Shown here: positions 14,683-27,749 of the stretch, in pieces
Layout: each line of letters opens with the position of its first letter
Numbering within the stretch: position 1 is the first letter of the stretch
From: Eledone cirrhosa
Taxonomy: Eukaryota
Reading direction: 5' to 3'
NCBI GenBank assembly: GCA_964016885.1
Contig: OZ024743.1
Span: 189,534,001 to 189,598,000 of the forward strand
DNA: 64,000 nt
Position numbers and translations under genes: made by a program
Notes under the pieces: generated by a model
Database searches by the model: none
Seen by the model: only the letters and a program-made list of their open reading frames with translations
Told to the model about the DNA's origin: nothing

Positions 14683-15599
14683 GTTATACTTGGGGAGGGT
14701 CATATTTGTGTAATATTGCCAGAATTAATAACAGAACACACTCACTGTTTGGTTGGTTTTCGCTTCTCGCTGTCTTTTATATCTGCGATCTAACTTAATC
14801 GGTCCTCAATGTTGCCATTGACTGACCGACGGTCAAAAATAATACAGATACAATATAGTCACAAACACATATATATAGTTTACATAATTTACATAAATCT
14901 TTCGTTGCACATCTGCAACATCGTCAGTGGTGTTATATTTTTTCCTCCTGTTGTGTTGTATGTCTACGCCATTTTTTATTCAGTCTGTCTATATATTTAT
15001 TTATTTATTTGCTTGTTTGTTTATTTTATTTTGTCTTCTTTGCGCATGCGTTTGCGTGTGTGTATAGTGTTATGTTTGCTGTGTGACTTGTGTGTATAGT
15101 GTTGTGTCTGCTGGGTGACTAGTGTGTGTTTATGTGCTTGTTGTTATTGTGCTTGTGTATGTATTTATTTTATTTTATTTTATTTTATTTTATTTTATTT
15201 TATTTTATTTTATTTACTTATTTATACTTCTCTTAGGTCAGTGTTGTTTGTTTGGGTGTTGTTGTTCCACTCATTCTTTCTGTTTAGCTTTGGTCTTCTA
15301 ATTTCTATTTCACTGGCCTCTCTGATTTGCCTATCTGCTGGGTCATTCCTATGTTTAGATATTATTCTAATTTCTATGTTGTCTATGTTACCGTCATGTT
15401 GTTGTCTAGCATGTTCGTATAGTACTGACCCGTTTGTTTTTTCGTCCTTTTAGTTCCCCCCAGTGTTGGTTTATCCTTTCACCTATGCTACGAGCTGTTT
15501 CGCCTATGTATGTTGTTGTCATGTTTCTGCAAATACCCTCTGTACATCTTATGCTATAGACTACGTTTCTAGTTTTACAGTTTATCCGGGGGTTCACCT

Positions 15600-15602
<3 letters not shown>
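14683..15602 (-). mobile_element. 5'-truncated Penelope-like element: C-terminal GIY-YIG endonuclease plus 3' UTR
   Basis: NCKTRNVVYSIRC..C...YIGETARSIGERINQH, then after a frameshift SVLYEHARQQH...IREASEIEIRRPKLN; both ends abut TA runs. Confidence 0.85.
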
Positions 15603-15657
<55 letters not shown>

Positions 15658-15669
15658 CATATATATATA

Positions 15670-15909
15670 TATTTATTAAAATTAAAGTTTAAGCAAAGAA
15701 TCGCTGCTTTCACCCTTAACGGGATCTTCTGAAACTAACAAAGTCAATCTGTAAACGCAGAAGTGGATATTTCAAAAAACGCACCGATTCTTTGCTAAAA
15801 CTTTAATCTGTTATTTTAATAAATATTTGCTCTACGGTTCTTATATATTTGATATATATTTATCCTTATCGAGCCCTCTTTGGATTTTAGTCTTCAAATT
15901 TATTATTAT

Positions 15910-15915
<6 letters not shown>
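15670..15915. mobile_element. Second foldback family-A insert in (TA)n
   Basis: 15670-15781 is the reverse complement of ~14548-14665; 15785-15915 is the reverse complement of ~14085-14216. Confidence 0.7.
15686..15736 (-). ncRNA. Type I hammerhead-like motif, CAGAAGA core (third copy)
   Basis: Identical to the reverse complement of 14593-14643. Confidence 0.5.
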
Positions 15916-15978
<63 letters not shown>

Positions 15979-15980
<2 letters not shown>

Positions 15981-16140
15981 GAAGTTTTTCCATAGAAAAG
16001 GTAAACGAAAAGAGTGTGCTTTATGTATGCTACAGAGCTTTTTAGTTATGTAATAAACAACATAAGATAATTAATTCATTTACCAATGGTTTCTTGATGA
16101 CAGATACTTATGTCTGTCTTCATTCATCAGATAATGTTTT
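15979..16140 (-). mobile_element. Family-B HHR-bearing insert (homologue of 29626-29908)
   Basis: Shares ttccatag...tatgtatgctacagagct...taataaacaacataaga with 29635-29715; TA-flanked. Confidence 0.7.
16075..16136 (-). ncRNA. Type I hammerhead motif (family B); core intact, stem I imperfect
   Basis: Reverse complement: cauuau-CUGAUGA-aUGAaGACAGA...UCUGUCaUCAa-GAAA-CC auu GG-UA-aaug. Confidence 0.6.
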
Positions 16141-16557
16141 TATTATATATATATATATATCATCATCATCATCATCATCAACGTTTAACGTCCGTGTTCC
16201 ATGCTTGCATGGGTTTGGACGGGGGTAGTCCCACTTGAGGCAAGAGTGATTGTCTTGCTCGCATAGGACTGTCTGGCAGGTTTTCTACAGTTGGATGCCC
16301 TTCCTAACACCAACCACATTTACAGTGTGTGTCTGGGAGGTTTTTACCGTGTTGCCTACACGGCCACATTACAGCGTGGACTGTGTGTTTTTTTGTCGTG
16401 ACACCTACACGATCTCATTTGTTTCGGCCTCGATGGCGCGGCACCAACATAACTTTACATAGAACGGGGTGGTGTGGATCGGGTGGGGGTGGTGGTGGTG
16501 GGACGGGGTGTATTTTGTTAGAGATGCCTACTGGCTGGAGTAGGTTTTACTATATAT

Positions 16558-19500
16558 TTAGGTAAGGCGGGTCTTCTCTGTTACTGAGTACCGCCAAAGG
16601 TCTCGGTCCAGTGACATTGTCTTGGAGAGGTGTAAGTGTGTGATGTCGGAGTTTATCAGCTCGTCCCAGGTTTTTCTAGGTCTGCCTATTCCGTGACTAC
16701 CGTCTATCTTTATTGCCCTGCACTTTGTTATACAGCTATCGACTTTCATGCGCATCACGTGTCCATACCAACGTGTCCTTCTCTCGAGTAAACAACATCT
16801 GATCCCTCTTATCTCTAATTTTTTCCTTAGTTCGTTTATGCTTTGTGTTCACGTATATTACTGTTACACATCCAGCGGAGCATGCAAGCTTCGTTCCTCT
16901 CTAGTCTGCGTATATCCTCTGCACACAATGCCCAGGTCTCACTGCCATGCAGCATTGCTGTTCGTATGCAGGCATCGTACAACCTGCCTTTCATTTTTAG
17001 TGAGAACCCTTTAGCAGCTAATAGTGGTATAAGCTCTCTGAACTTTTTCCAACCAGTTCTGACTCTAGCTACAGTACTTTCAGAGCACCCTCCCCCACTG
17101 CTGATTTTATCGCCCAGGTAACGGAAGCTGTCCACTATTTCTATAGAACCCTCTGCGCAATTGAAAGAGCTAGTAGTTTGTGGGCACTTGCTGCTACTTA
17201 TTGCACCAGAGCACCGGCCACATGTAAAATCTATGTTCTTAGTTAGCTTACCTGTGATCCCACTACATCTTTTATGCACCCATACTTTGCATTTAGGACA
17301 TAAAATGGAGTTTCTACCTACGCCTTTCCTACACACCGAGCACGACCATTTCCCAGAAGGGACCCCCGCCTTGTTTTCTTTCCTACAAACTAGTACTTTG
17401 GTCTTAGCCAGGTTAATTTTAAGTTCTTTTGACTCTAGGCCGTGCTTCCATGTTTGGAATTTCTTCTCTAGCTCGGCCATTGATTCCGCTATGAGTGTCA
17501 GGTCGTCTGCGTATAGGAGTTCCCATGGGCAGCCTGTCTTGAACTCCTCTGTTATAGCCTGAAGGGCAATAATAAATAGTAGTGGACTGAGAACAGAGCC
17601 CTGATGGACGCCAACTTTTACGCTAAACTCTTCACTATATTCGTTGTTAATTCTAACCTTGCTGACTGTTTCTTTATACATGGCTTGTATAGCCCTCACA
17701 AGCCATTCGTCAACGCCTAGTTTTCTAAGAGCCCACCAGATAATGGAGCGGGGGACTCTGTCGAAGGCTTTCTCCAAGTCGACAAAAGCTAAGTAGAGGG
17801 GTTTACCTTTAGCTAGGTACTTCTCCTGTAGTTGTCGTACTATGAAAAGAGCGTCTGTGGTACTTTTGCCTGACACAAACCCGAACTGCATTTCATCTAG
17901 GTCAATTCTCTCTCTGATTAGTTGCGCTATTACTTTTTCCGTGACCTTCATGACCTGGTTGATTAATTTAATGCCTCTATAGTTACTCCTATCTAGGGCG
18001 TCTCCTTTACCCTTATAACAGTTAACGATGATGCTGCTATGCCAGTCCTTCGGAACAACCCCATTCTGTACGACTTGGTTAACTATGCGGGTGACCATGG
18101 TGTGTCCCACCGTGCCAGATGCCTTCAGCATCTCAGCAACTATTTCCGAAGGCCCAGCCGCCTTACCAGTCTTCATATCCTTGATTGCCTTACTTATTAT
18201 ACTCCCCTCGACTAACACTGCTGGTCCCTCTATTGGGTCGATATGGGGGAGACTGCCTTTCTCCCAATTATTCTCCTCATTTAGTAGCCTTTCATAGTGA
18301 CACTTCCAAGCTACCTTCTTATCAGCGTCGGTGATGGCAAGTGTGCCATCGTCGTTTAGTACACACTTCTCCCCGACAATATCACGGTTTTCCTTGACGC
18401 ATTGCCTAGCAATCCTGAACACCTCACGTTTTTGGTCATCGCGTTGTAGAACATGCTTGAACTTTCTTTCCTCAGCTTCCCTTCTTGCTAAGTACACTTG
18501 TCTCCTAGCTTCCCTCCTGGCCACTTGATAGTCCTCTCTACTTCCCCCATCCCGACATACTTTCCAAGCCTGCTTTTTGGCCTTAATTGACCCCTCCACC
18601 TTACTGTTCCACCACCATGTTACTCTCCTCCTGCCTACAGGCCTGCTCCAGCCACAGACCTCGTCTGTCGCCAACAGCAGGTTTGCTTTCAGAAATTCCC
18701 ACTCTCCCTCTATATTGTCCGACTCTAAATGTTCTTCCTTACTGTCGAAAGCATCAAGTAATATGCTTTGAAATTTATTCCTGGCTGTGGGGTCCTTTAG
18801 CTTCCATATTTTCCTCCTGAGGATAGTCCTCTTCTGTTGTCGAGTACGTCTCGTCCTGACTATGAGGTCGCTAATTATCAGTCTATGTTGGGAGGTGCAT
18901 TCTTCATGGGGGAGGGATTTAGTGTTAACAACAGACACTCTGTCACGTCTTCTGGTAAGGATATAATCTACCTGGCTTGTGTGTTCCCCGGATCTATAGG
19001 TGATCAGGTGATTGTCACGTTTTTTGAAGTTAGTGTTACAGATAGTTAGGTTATTTGCATCACAGAATTCCAGGATTCTGGCGCCTTCCTCATTTCTAGT
19101 ACCAAACCCATAGCCTCCATGGATTTCGTCGTAGCCGTCACAATGTTGTCCAACGTGACCATTTAGGTCGCCTGCGATAATTATATAGTCACTGTCGGAT
19201 ATTTGGGAGGTAGTTAGCATCAGTGTCTCATAGAATCTGTCTTTTATAGTGCCGGGCAGTCCGGATTGGGGTGCGTACGCAGATATTACTGTCACCGTAG
19301 TTCTATTGAGGACAAGTCGTATTTTAATTATTCTGTCGTTCACTCTATTTACGTCTATTATCTTATCTGCCCACTTTTCTGCTACCATGATTCCTACTCC
19401 ACCCAGCCCATCGTCGTTTCCCACCCAGAAAAGCTTATAACATCGTTTTTTACCCTCAATGAACCTAGCAGACCCATCCCTCCACCTGGTCTCTTGAATA

Positions 19501-19997
19501 CAACAAACATCGACCTCCTTACGTTCAAGCATCTCTACAACCTCGTTAGCGCGACCCTTTAGGGTGCCTACATTTATGGTACCAACTCTGAAGTTTTGGA
19601 TTGCGTTTGGGGGTTGGGGGCGGTGAGGGGCGGGGGGCGATGGGGTTATGTTAGCCGTCCGCGGTCGAAACAATGAGGAGTGCTCGCATTCTCGTCCAAG
19701 AGGTGAATTTGTCTTTATCTTTGGCATTGTCGCTGAGCGTCCAGATTTTTCTCTCTCACCTCCACTCTCCAGGATTCCGCAGTCCATCCATCCATCATAT
19801 ATCGTATATCGAAAGGCAACCAGGCAAGCGATAGTATAGGCCTCTGGTTTCTGATTGGTCCGCGTAATAATACTGGTGATGCGTGGGGGCTCTGTTTTAT
19901 GATTGGTCCACGTAATAGCAATGGTGGGGGTGGGAGGGAGGGGTGTTGGGTAGCTAGCAAGAAGGTAATGATTGAGTGGGGTCCATGCATTTAACAA
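16558..19997 (-). CDS. RTE ORF: AP endonuclease, reverse transcriptase, PHD-like finger; single frameshift at ~16842
   Basis: GTINVGTL, IQETRW, AGDLNGHVG, QVDYIL, SQHRL (APE); NYRGIKL, FVDLEKAFD, GVHQGSVLSP, LYADDL (RT); 1053-aa ORF ends at 16836 and another frame continues RWYGHVMRM...GRPRKTW to a stop at 16558; true start codon uncertain (possibly MPKIKT). Confidence 0.9.
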
Positions 19998-20169
19998 GCG
20001 ATTAACAAAAATACAAAATTTGTTCTGTTAAATACGTCCAAAAACCTACGTATTTAGCAATTAATAGAAACAGAAAATGTAGTTTGTTTTAGCGATAGAT
20101 TGGCTATTTGGACTTGATACGAAATATGGATTGTTTTGAAAATACGCTAGAATTAAGATTTGTGGAGGG

Positions 20170-20204
<35 letters not shown>

Positions 20205-21388
20205 AGTCTGTACATTACGTTTACATGAATATCGTGTGGTCAGCAAGCAATGAAATGAAATTTGGCGAAGTGAATTCCTATCATATATTTATAGGGAGAG
20301 AGAGAGAGTGAGAGAGAGCGAGGGGAGGGGGCCACATGATGGCTGTGAGTGTTAGGCGTTTGACCGCCCCGTGCCTTCGAAGAAGGAAGAAGGAAAGGAT
20401 TTTGTTTTTTTTGTTTTGAAGATACGCTAGAATTAGGGATTGGGGTTTGAAAATACGTTAGGAATTAAGGTTTGAAAATAGCTAGCAAGAAGGTAATGAT
20501 TGAGTGGGGTCCATGCATTTAACAAGCGATTAACAAAAATACAAAATTTGTTCTGTTAAATACGTCCAAAAACCTACGTATTTAGCAATTAATAGAAACA
20601 GAAAATGTAGTTTGTTTTAGCGATAGATTGGCTATTTGGACTTGATACGAAATATGGATTGTTTTGAAAATACGCTAGAATTAAGATTTGTGGAGGGAGA
20701 GGAGAGAGAGAGAGAGAGAGAGATGAAGTCTGTACATTACGTTTACATGAATATCGTGTGGTCAGCAAGCAATGAAATGAAATTTGGCGAAGTGAATTCC
20801 TATCATATATTTATAGGGAGAGAGAGAGAGTGAGAGAGAGCGAGGGGAGGGGGCCACATGATGGCTGTGAGTGTTAGGCGTTTGACCGCCCCGTGCCTTC
20901 GAAGAAGGAAGAAGGAAAGGATTTTGTTTTTTTTGTTTTGAAGATACGCTAGAATTAGGGATTGGGGTTTGAAAATACGTTAGGAATTAAGGTTTGAAAA
21001 TAGCTAGCAAGAAGGTAATGGTTGAGTGGGGTCCATGCATTTAACAAGCGATTAACAAAAATACAAAATTTGTTCTGTTAAATACGTCCAAAAACCTACG
21101 TATTTAGCAATTAATAGAAACAGAAAATGTAGTTTGTTTTAGCGATAGATTGGCTATTTGGACTTGATACGAAATATGGATTGTTTTGAAAATACGCTAG
21201 AATTAAGATTTGTGGAGGGAGAGGAGAGAGAGAGAGAGAGAGAGAGATGAAGTCTGTACATTACGTTTACATGAATATCGTGTGGACAGCAAGCAATGAA
21301 ATGAAATTTGGCGAAGTGAATTCCTATCATATATTTATAGGGAGAGAGTGAGAGAGAGCGAGGGGAGGGGGCCACATGATGGCTGTGA
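19951..21388 (-). repeat. ~2.7 tandem copies of a 522-528-bp monomer at the LINE 5' end
   Basis: Units start at 19951, 20479 and 21001 (tagctagcaagaagg) and are near-identical apart from (GA)n length. Confidence 0.95.
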
Positions 21389-24300
21389 AGTTCATATGAA
21401 TTGTTGGATCTCTGTTAGTTGTGAAAAGTGTTTCAGTTGTTTAAACTATGGAACAACCTGTTTGTGAAATTATAGTGCAATTGACTGAGCATTCCCCAGA
21501 CTGTTCTTTGAATTTCAAGTATAACTCATGTTTGCCATTTGACACAATCAGCTATTGAGAATGATAATTTCAAGCTTACATTGTGAGTCTAATACCCTTA
21601 ACACTATGCCATGCACATTCATATATATGAATGTATATACATGATCATTTACATACAACTAACTATGTATGTGTGCATTATTGCATATAGATATTATGTG
21701 AGTGTGTGTGTGTGTAACTGTCAGTGTGAGTGAGTAAGAAAACTTTGATTTGCCATAATGTTGGATGAGTTTCAGCAGGAAGTGATAAACTTCCCATAAC
21801 AAAGTTTTAATGGTCTTCTGGACAATGGTAAGTATTTGTTGCTGAAATAAAGACAGAGATTCAGTTATAAGACACTTCCTTTTTATTTATTTATTCATAG
21901 ATTTTTATTTATATATTTATTATTTTTTTGTTTGTTTTTTCTTATAGTGTAGTTTTATGTTTATTTTCAGTTTGGTTGATGCTAACAACTCAACAATAAT
22001 AACTTTTGCTTTAAGTTCTGCTTCTACTTTATGTTCACCCATCTCACCAACCCACTAGTAACCCATCTAGTCAGCTAATAATCCATCTATATGTATGTGC
22101 ATATGTATATATTTATGTTTGTATCTATGTACATTCACATGTATATTTGTATACATGTGTGTTTATGTGTATATATATTTATGTATGAATGTATGTATGT
22201 GTACATGTGTGTTTATGTGTGTATGACTGGAAATAATTTATGATATGGGTTCATGATATTTTACAAACACTTTTACTCTAGTGATTTAAATTCCATCATA
22301 GTAGTTTTAATAACATTTTACTAATGTACATTTTACAGTCAAATATTTTCCTGTGAAACTGTAATGAAGCAAAGTTTGTGACGGCGAATAATGGTTGTTT
22401 AATAACCTTTTTTTAGAATTCTTAATTTACAAAAGTCTTTCAAAATTATTTTAGAATTTAGTTATAACTCAGTAGTTTATTAATTTAACCCTCATTGTTA
22501 TATGTAAACCAAATTTTAGAATTTGAGTGTGTAGTACTTTATCATTTTTATGTAAGTATGATTGTTACTTTAAATTATACATATTTTTAGTGTATGCAAA
22601 TATTCTAATAATTCAAATTACACTTCAAAGGAAATGCTATTTGCTTATAGAAAGAAAGGAAACATTGACAAATATAGTTTTTTTATATACTAAAAGATGG
22701 TTTGAAAAGCTTGGATCAGTTGCTTGCTCAATCAGTGTTCAACTGAGACTAAATAATTGTTTCTAACAAGAGGAAAGTTAATTATATTGACCCCATTATT
22801 TGAATGGTACTTTATTTCATCTATCCAGAAAGGATGAAAGGCAAAGTTAACCTCAGTGTGATTTAAACTCAAAATGTATAGATAAAGTCAGAACAAATAA
22901 CATAATGGTGTTTTATCCAATGCTCTTATCAAATCTGCCAATCCATCACCTTACCAGGGGCTAAATAATTATTTTTTGTATTGCATCAAGGCCAGTTATT
23001 TGGGGGAAGGGGAATGTCGATTATATTTATTGTATCAACTGCTGAAGGTTGAAACGCAAAGTTAACTTTGTCAGGAATTGAACTGTGAACATAAGCTGGG
23101 GTTAAATAATAACAACTAATCTGAACTATGTGAATATGTAAGCCATAACTGGCTGAGTTAATTAATTATAACACTTCACTGTAAAAAATAACAACTTGTA
23201 TCTGTGATTAATCAAAAGAAATCGTAATATTAAAAATACCATTCAGTGATTAAGTAAATACAAGTAATTAAGTGTCAAAACAAAGAAAGTTTCATCATTA
23301 TCTTCATCATAATCATCATTACTTTTATCATCATCATCACCTTTTCCACATCAAAATGATAATGGTCATATCATCAACACCACCACTATGATAACAATAA
23401 CTCTGACCACCACCATTACTTTTATTATCATCACCTGCTCCTCCTACCTTCTTTGTTCTTGTGATTCTTATTGACTTTCTTTCAACACCTTTTATTGTTT
23501 TACTACTTTCAGTCAATGAACGGCATCTCCATTCAAATTATTTATGTTACTTATATTTATCATTTATAGCTAGTTCTTGATTTATCATGATCGATATATT
23601 ATATGGCTAGTGTTATCCCTTTTGATACCACCTTGGTTCTATGATGAAAAATTGTTTATTTTAAAGGTGTTCATGTTTCAATTTAACCCTTCAATTATAA
23701 TCTTTTGTACGAACCTTTTCTGAGATTATGTTTCAAATACCAACTAAAGAATAATTTCTAATTTACACACAAGGCCACCAAATATGGAGGAAAAAGAAAG
23801 TTGATTAACACTTGATGGGTACCTTATGTTATTGATTCCCCACTTCTGAGGGATGAAAGGCAAAGTTGACCATGGCAGAATCTGAACTCAGGACAACCAC
23901 CAAATAAATAAAGAGATATTAATCATATTAAATGCTTCTGAACTTTGATTAATTTAAAAATTAATTAAGAAATCATAGTTAGTGAATTTCATTGAAACTT
24001 TAGTAACAAAAGTGTTAAAGGGAAGAAAGGGAAGTTCATCTATACTAGCATAGAATAAACAGAATCCTGCAATAAATTCATTGCTGCTTCATAATATTTT
24101 TTTCTTAAATAATATGCGTCATCTTGCCTGTAAGATATAACATGATATCTGATTTGCAACACTCCTTTGCACTTTACATCGCCACATTCTAGGTTTCTAA
24201 AAGCTAGAAACTAAGTCATTACAAATTTGGAGTTGATATTTACATTTTGTTATAGGTGCACAGAGAGTGAATAAATAAATTATTAGCTTCCAGGTTGGTA

Positions 24301-25705
24301 TCTGCTTAAGTAGCAATAATTTATTTTAAGCTGAAGATTGAAGATCAGTGTAGGAAGAAATTACCTTATATATAACATAAATAATACATTGTCTACATTT
24401 GATATAACACCATTTCTCTTCATTTAAATTTAACAATATGTTTTCTGCATTGCAACACTTTTATGTATAGTTGCAGTTCTTGTAGTAGATATGATTTATA
24501 GTTTACAAGTAGGCAGTAATTTCTAGAGAATTTATATGATTGTGAAAACATACATATGCTGAAATATTCAAATGCATAGGCTTTCATTCCTTTCTCCTAT
24601 ATATAATATAAGCACAAAGCCAATGATGCTTAAGGAGAGAGGTGCCAATTCATACAACACCTGTACTTTAAATGCATGCATGTGTACATGTGTGTATATA
24701 TGTACATATATGTATATATTGTCTCTCTCTCCCTCCCTCACACACTCTCTCTCACTCTGACTCTCTATGTGTGTATATATATATATAAGCTTAAAAATGG
24801 AATGAGAGTTAGAAGAAAGCAAGAACAGGGGAGGGGAGGGGGGGGGGGTCATCTTCAGTTGTCTCCTGGAGGTCTCGGATATTTCAATAATATATCTACC
24901 CCCAGGGCGTTCAATAACCGGGTAAATTATTGGGAAAAAGGAGGAGGGAGAGAAGGAAAATAAAAGGGAAAAGGGGAAAAGAGAAAACAGTGAAAAAAAC
25001 ATATATATATATGTGTATATAAATTAAAATTGTCACTTTATCATTCTATTTTAGTAGTCCAGAGGTTTTACACTTCTTCACTACTGTCTCAGCTTCTATC
25101 ACAATGAAATTGTAACCTAAGCAAACATGGAAGAACAGCCGAACTCCCACTGTCATCGCTGCCATTTCTCTGGCCCTCCCCATCTCTCTGTATGGTGAGC
25201 AAATGGGGTCCCACATGCTGGCCTCCCCACAGCCCTGGTGGCCAGAATGGAGAAGGTGTTTCCCCAGAGGATGGTAAGGGAGATGCGCTGGAAGAGCCAT
25301 TCCAACTCACAAGGCTCACACCTGTGGCTGGCCAGCTCAGCGCCTATGGGAGATAGCCCTAGAGCCAAGGACACCAGAAGTCTCCATTGCCAAGGGTGGA
25401 GAGCGACCGGTACTTAGAGAAATGTATATATATATATGTATATATATATATCATCATCATCATCATCATCATTTAAACATCTGCTTTCTTTGATAGCAGA
25501 GGCTGGATGGCCTTCACAGTACAAGACAGCAATGAAGTGGGCCACTAATCTCCCAGACAGCCTAGGGGTGCACATCTTGCATACCCACATTTACATATTC
25601 TACTGAGTGCATTTTATTGTGGCAACAGCACAAGAGAAGTTGTCATGTCTTTGACACAACTGAAATTCCTCCCAACCCTTCATTTGGTAAGATTTCTAGA
25701 AATAT

Positions 25706-26143
25706 ATCATCATCATCATCATCGTCATCACCATTTTACGTTCCTTCTTCCATACTAGCATTGGTTAGATGGGTTGTCCTGTTGTGGGAAGTGTCCAGTC
25801 GACTGACCTTGTCTTGCTCATAGGGGAGCTGATCTTGGCTTTATTTCTACAACTGGATGCCCTTCCTAACACCAACCTAATTTACAGTGAGTGCTGGGTG
25901 CTTTTTTTTCCGTGGCGCCTACATGTCCACTTTACAGTGTGGGCTGGATGCTTTTTTGCCATGGCACCTCCACAACTACTTTGCAGTGGAATGATAGGGA
26001 ACCCAGTCCTATCATCTCATTTCTACAGTTGAGTAAACTGGAGCAATGTGAAATAAAGTGTCTTGCTCATCACCCAGTCCGAGAATTGAACTCACAACCT
26101 TTCGATTGCAAGCCCAATGTTCTAACCACTAAGCCATCCACCT
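25706..26143 (-). mobile_element. tRNA-derived SINE with RTE-derived 3' end
   Basis: A/B boxes, core gagcaagacactttatttcacattgctccagtttactca, gttaggaagggcatccag segment, (GAT)n tail. Confidence 0.8.
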
Positions 26144-26652
26144 TCACATATATATTAATTAATAAATAAAACAAGTGTGTATATGAAAGCATATACTATA
26201 TGTTTATATACAATAAACATGGTAGCTTTGCTATCAAAGAAAAAATATTTTGATGCGGTGAAAAATTATTTTTCTCTGTTTTTCTCAGTGATCCCATCAC
26301 AGACTATCAATAGCAGTCGAGAATTCCAGACAGAACTGTTTCAAAATTCATTAATGTTTCATATACACCCCTATTATACTTAAACACTATCTTGCTGCTA
26401 CTGCTAATAAATTCATATACATAAATACATATGCATAACTAAAGACCTGGTCCAAAATTCTCATTGAAGGTTACCAGTTTATCAGCTAATGAGCATATTT
26501 TCACTGACCATTCCACATATTACAATGAAGCTCCAGCTTTGAGTGGATTTCTAGATAAGGTAAAATATATTAAGTACAAGCACAAAACTATAAAATATGA
26601 TCGTTATGCAATATGTGGTAAAACCCACCATATAATATGGAAGTGGCTACAC

Positions 26653-27045
26653 CAATAGCTACAACTTTCCTTATATCAATAAGGAAGCATTTCCCCTTAT
26701 CACATAGATATCAAGATTTTTAATTGAAATGCAGTTAAAATATCTCATTCCACAACTTCCAACCTCACACACAACATCAATGTATCTAATATAGCTAAAT
26801 TACCTAGCCATAGTAATATAAACAATCCTGAACTTGGTTCTAGCTTCAATTGTATGAATAGGAACTATTGCCCTCTTGCTGAGAAATGCCTATCAAGCAA
26901 TATAGTTTATAAATATAAGGTAGATACACTCACTACTAGTAAGGCTTAGATAGGGTTAATAGCCAATATATTTAAGCAGTGTTTATACATGTAGTATCAT
27001 TCATTTTAAACCCCTTTAAAGAGGAATTTGACTTCACTTTCAGCC
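26653..27045 (+). pseudogene. Decayed Penelope-like element linker plus GIY-YIG
   Basis: IRKHFPLSHRY..FN*NAVKISHS...FNCMNRNYCPLAEKCLSSNIVYKYKV...A*IGLIANIFKQCLY (CNC-CPL-C, IVY, YIG-like motifs). Confidence 0.75.
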
Positions 27046-27064
27046 TCTCTCTGTTCCTATCATG

Positions 27065-27380
27065 TGCCTGTGCATGCAATGGAACAGAGAGAAAAGGCAT
27101 GCGCAGTACTGAAAATCAGCTGCCCCGCAGATGTTAATATGTTGTTAAGAGTTACCAAAAAGGAGAATATTTATGTTAAACTAATGAAGAACCTGCAGAT
27201 ATTCCCCCCTGACTATACCTTTAGGTTTGTACCTGTGATCATTGAGGCACTTGCATATTTTATTAACTGCCTCAGCCTAAATTGTGAGAAGCTGAGCTTC
27301 ACAAAACATGAAAGAGCATAGCTAATTAGGAAATTGCAATACAATCCATTAATGGAAACGTACAAATATGTAAAACATTC
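27065..27380 (+). pseudogene. RLE-type LINE C-terminal endonuclease fragment
   Basis: CAVLKISCPADVN...KENIYVKL...FVPVIIEALA resembles the R4/Dong restriction-like endonuclease end. Confidence 0.6.
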
Positions 27381-27749
27381 CAGAAATTAGTATATAATAA
27401 TTGCATGTACAAATATATGGAAATAGAAACATATGCATATTTAACTTCAAACATACACTTCCACACAGGCAATGACATTGATACTGGCGCACATACACAT
27501 ATATACATACAAACATACATATTGATACACGCATATCCATACACACACATACATATATATGAGGAAAATGATTAACAAAAAGGGTTTGAAAAGCGCACTT
27601 GGTAGATATATAAAATATCTGTACAAAAATTGATGTTGATTTATCCAAACATATGTTATTTTGTTAAACTTTTTTTCTTCGTTAAAACTCCTACATGCTG
27701 ATTCTCAACCCAAGCGGTTGAGAATCAGCATGCAGGAGTTTTATTGAAA

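Larger units (their letters stand above)
16162..21388 (-). mobile_element. Near full-length RTE-clade LINE with 5' tandem monomer array and (GAT)n tail
   Basis: APE-RT ORF, ~400-bp 3' UTR, (GAT)n tail at 16162-16179 running into (TA)n; 5' end lies inside the third monomer. Confidence 0.9.

Noticed and set aside
16748-19839. Plus-strand ORFs overlapping the RTE ORF
   Set aside because: Antisense shadows of the LINE coding sequence
19951-21388. CRISPR array or HDV-like 5' ribozyme in the monomer array
   Set aside because: Units are ~525-bp near-identical monomers without spacers in eukaryotic DNA; I could not build an HDV double pseudoknot by eye
15980-21392. tgaagtt at 15980 and 21386 as a TSD for the RTE
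   Set aside because: The left copy is the terminus of the family-B insert (compare tgaagta at 29627) and lies 180 bp from the RTE tail; coincidental
25285-25345. HHR-like shape gcgctggaagagcc...ggc...agcgc
   Set aside because: Core and GAAA are not recoverable
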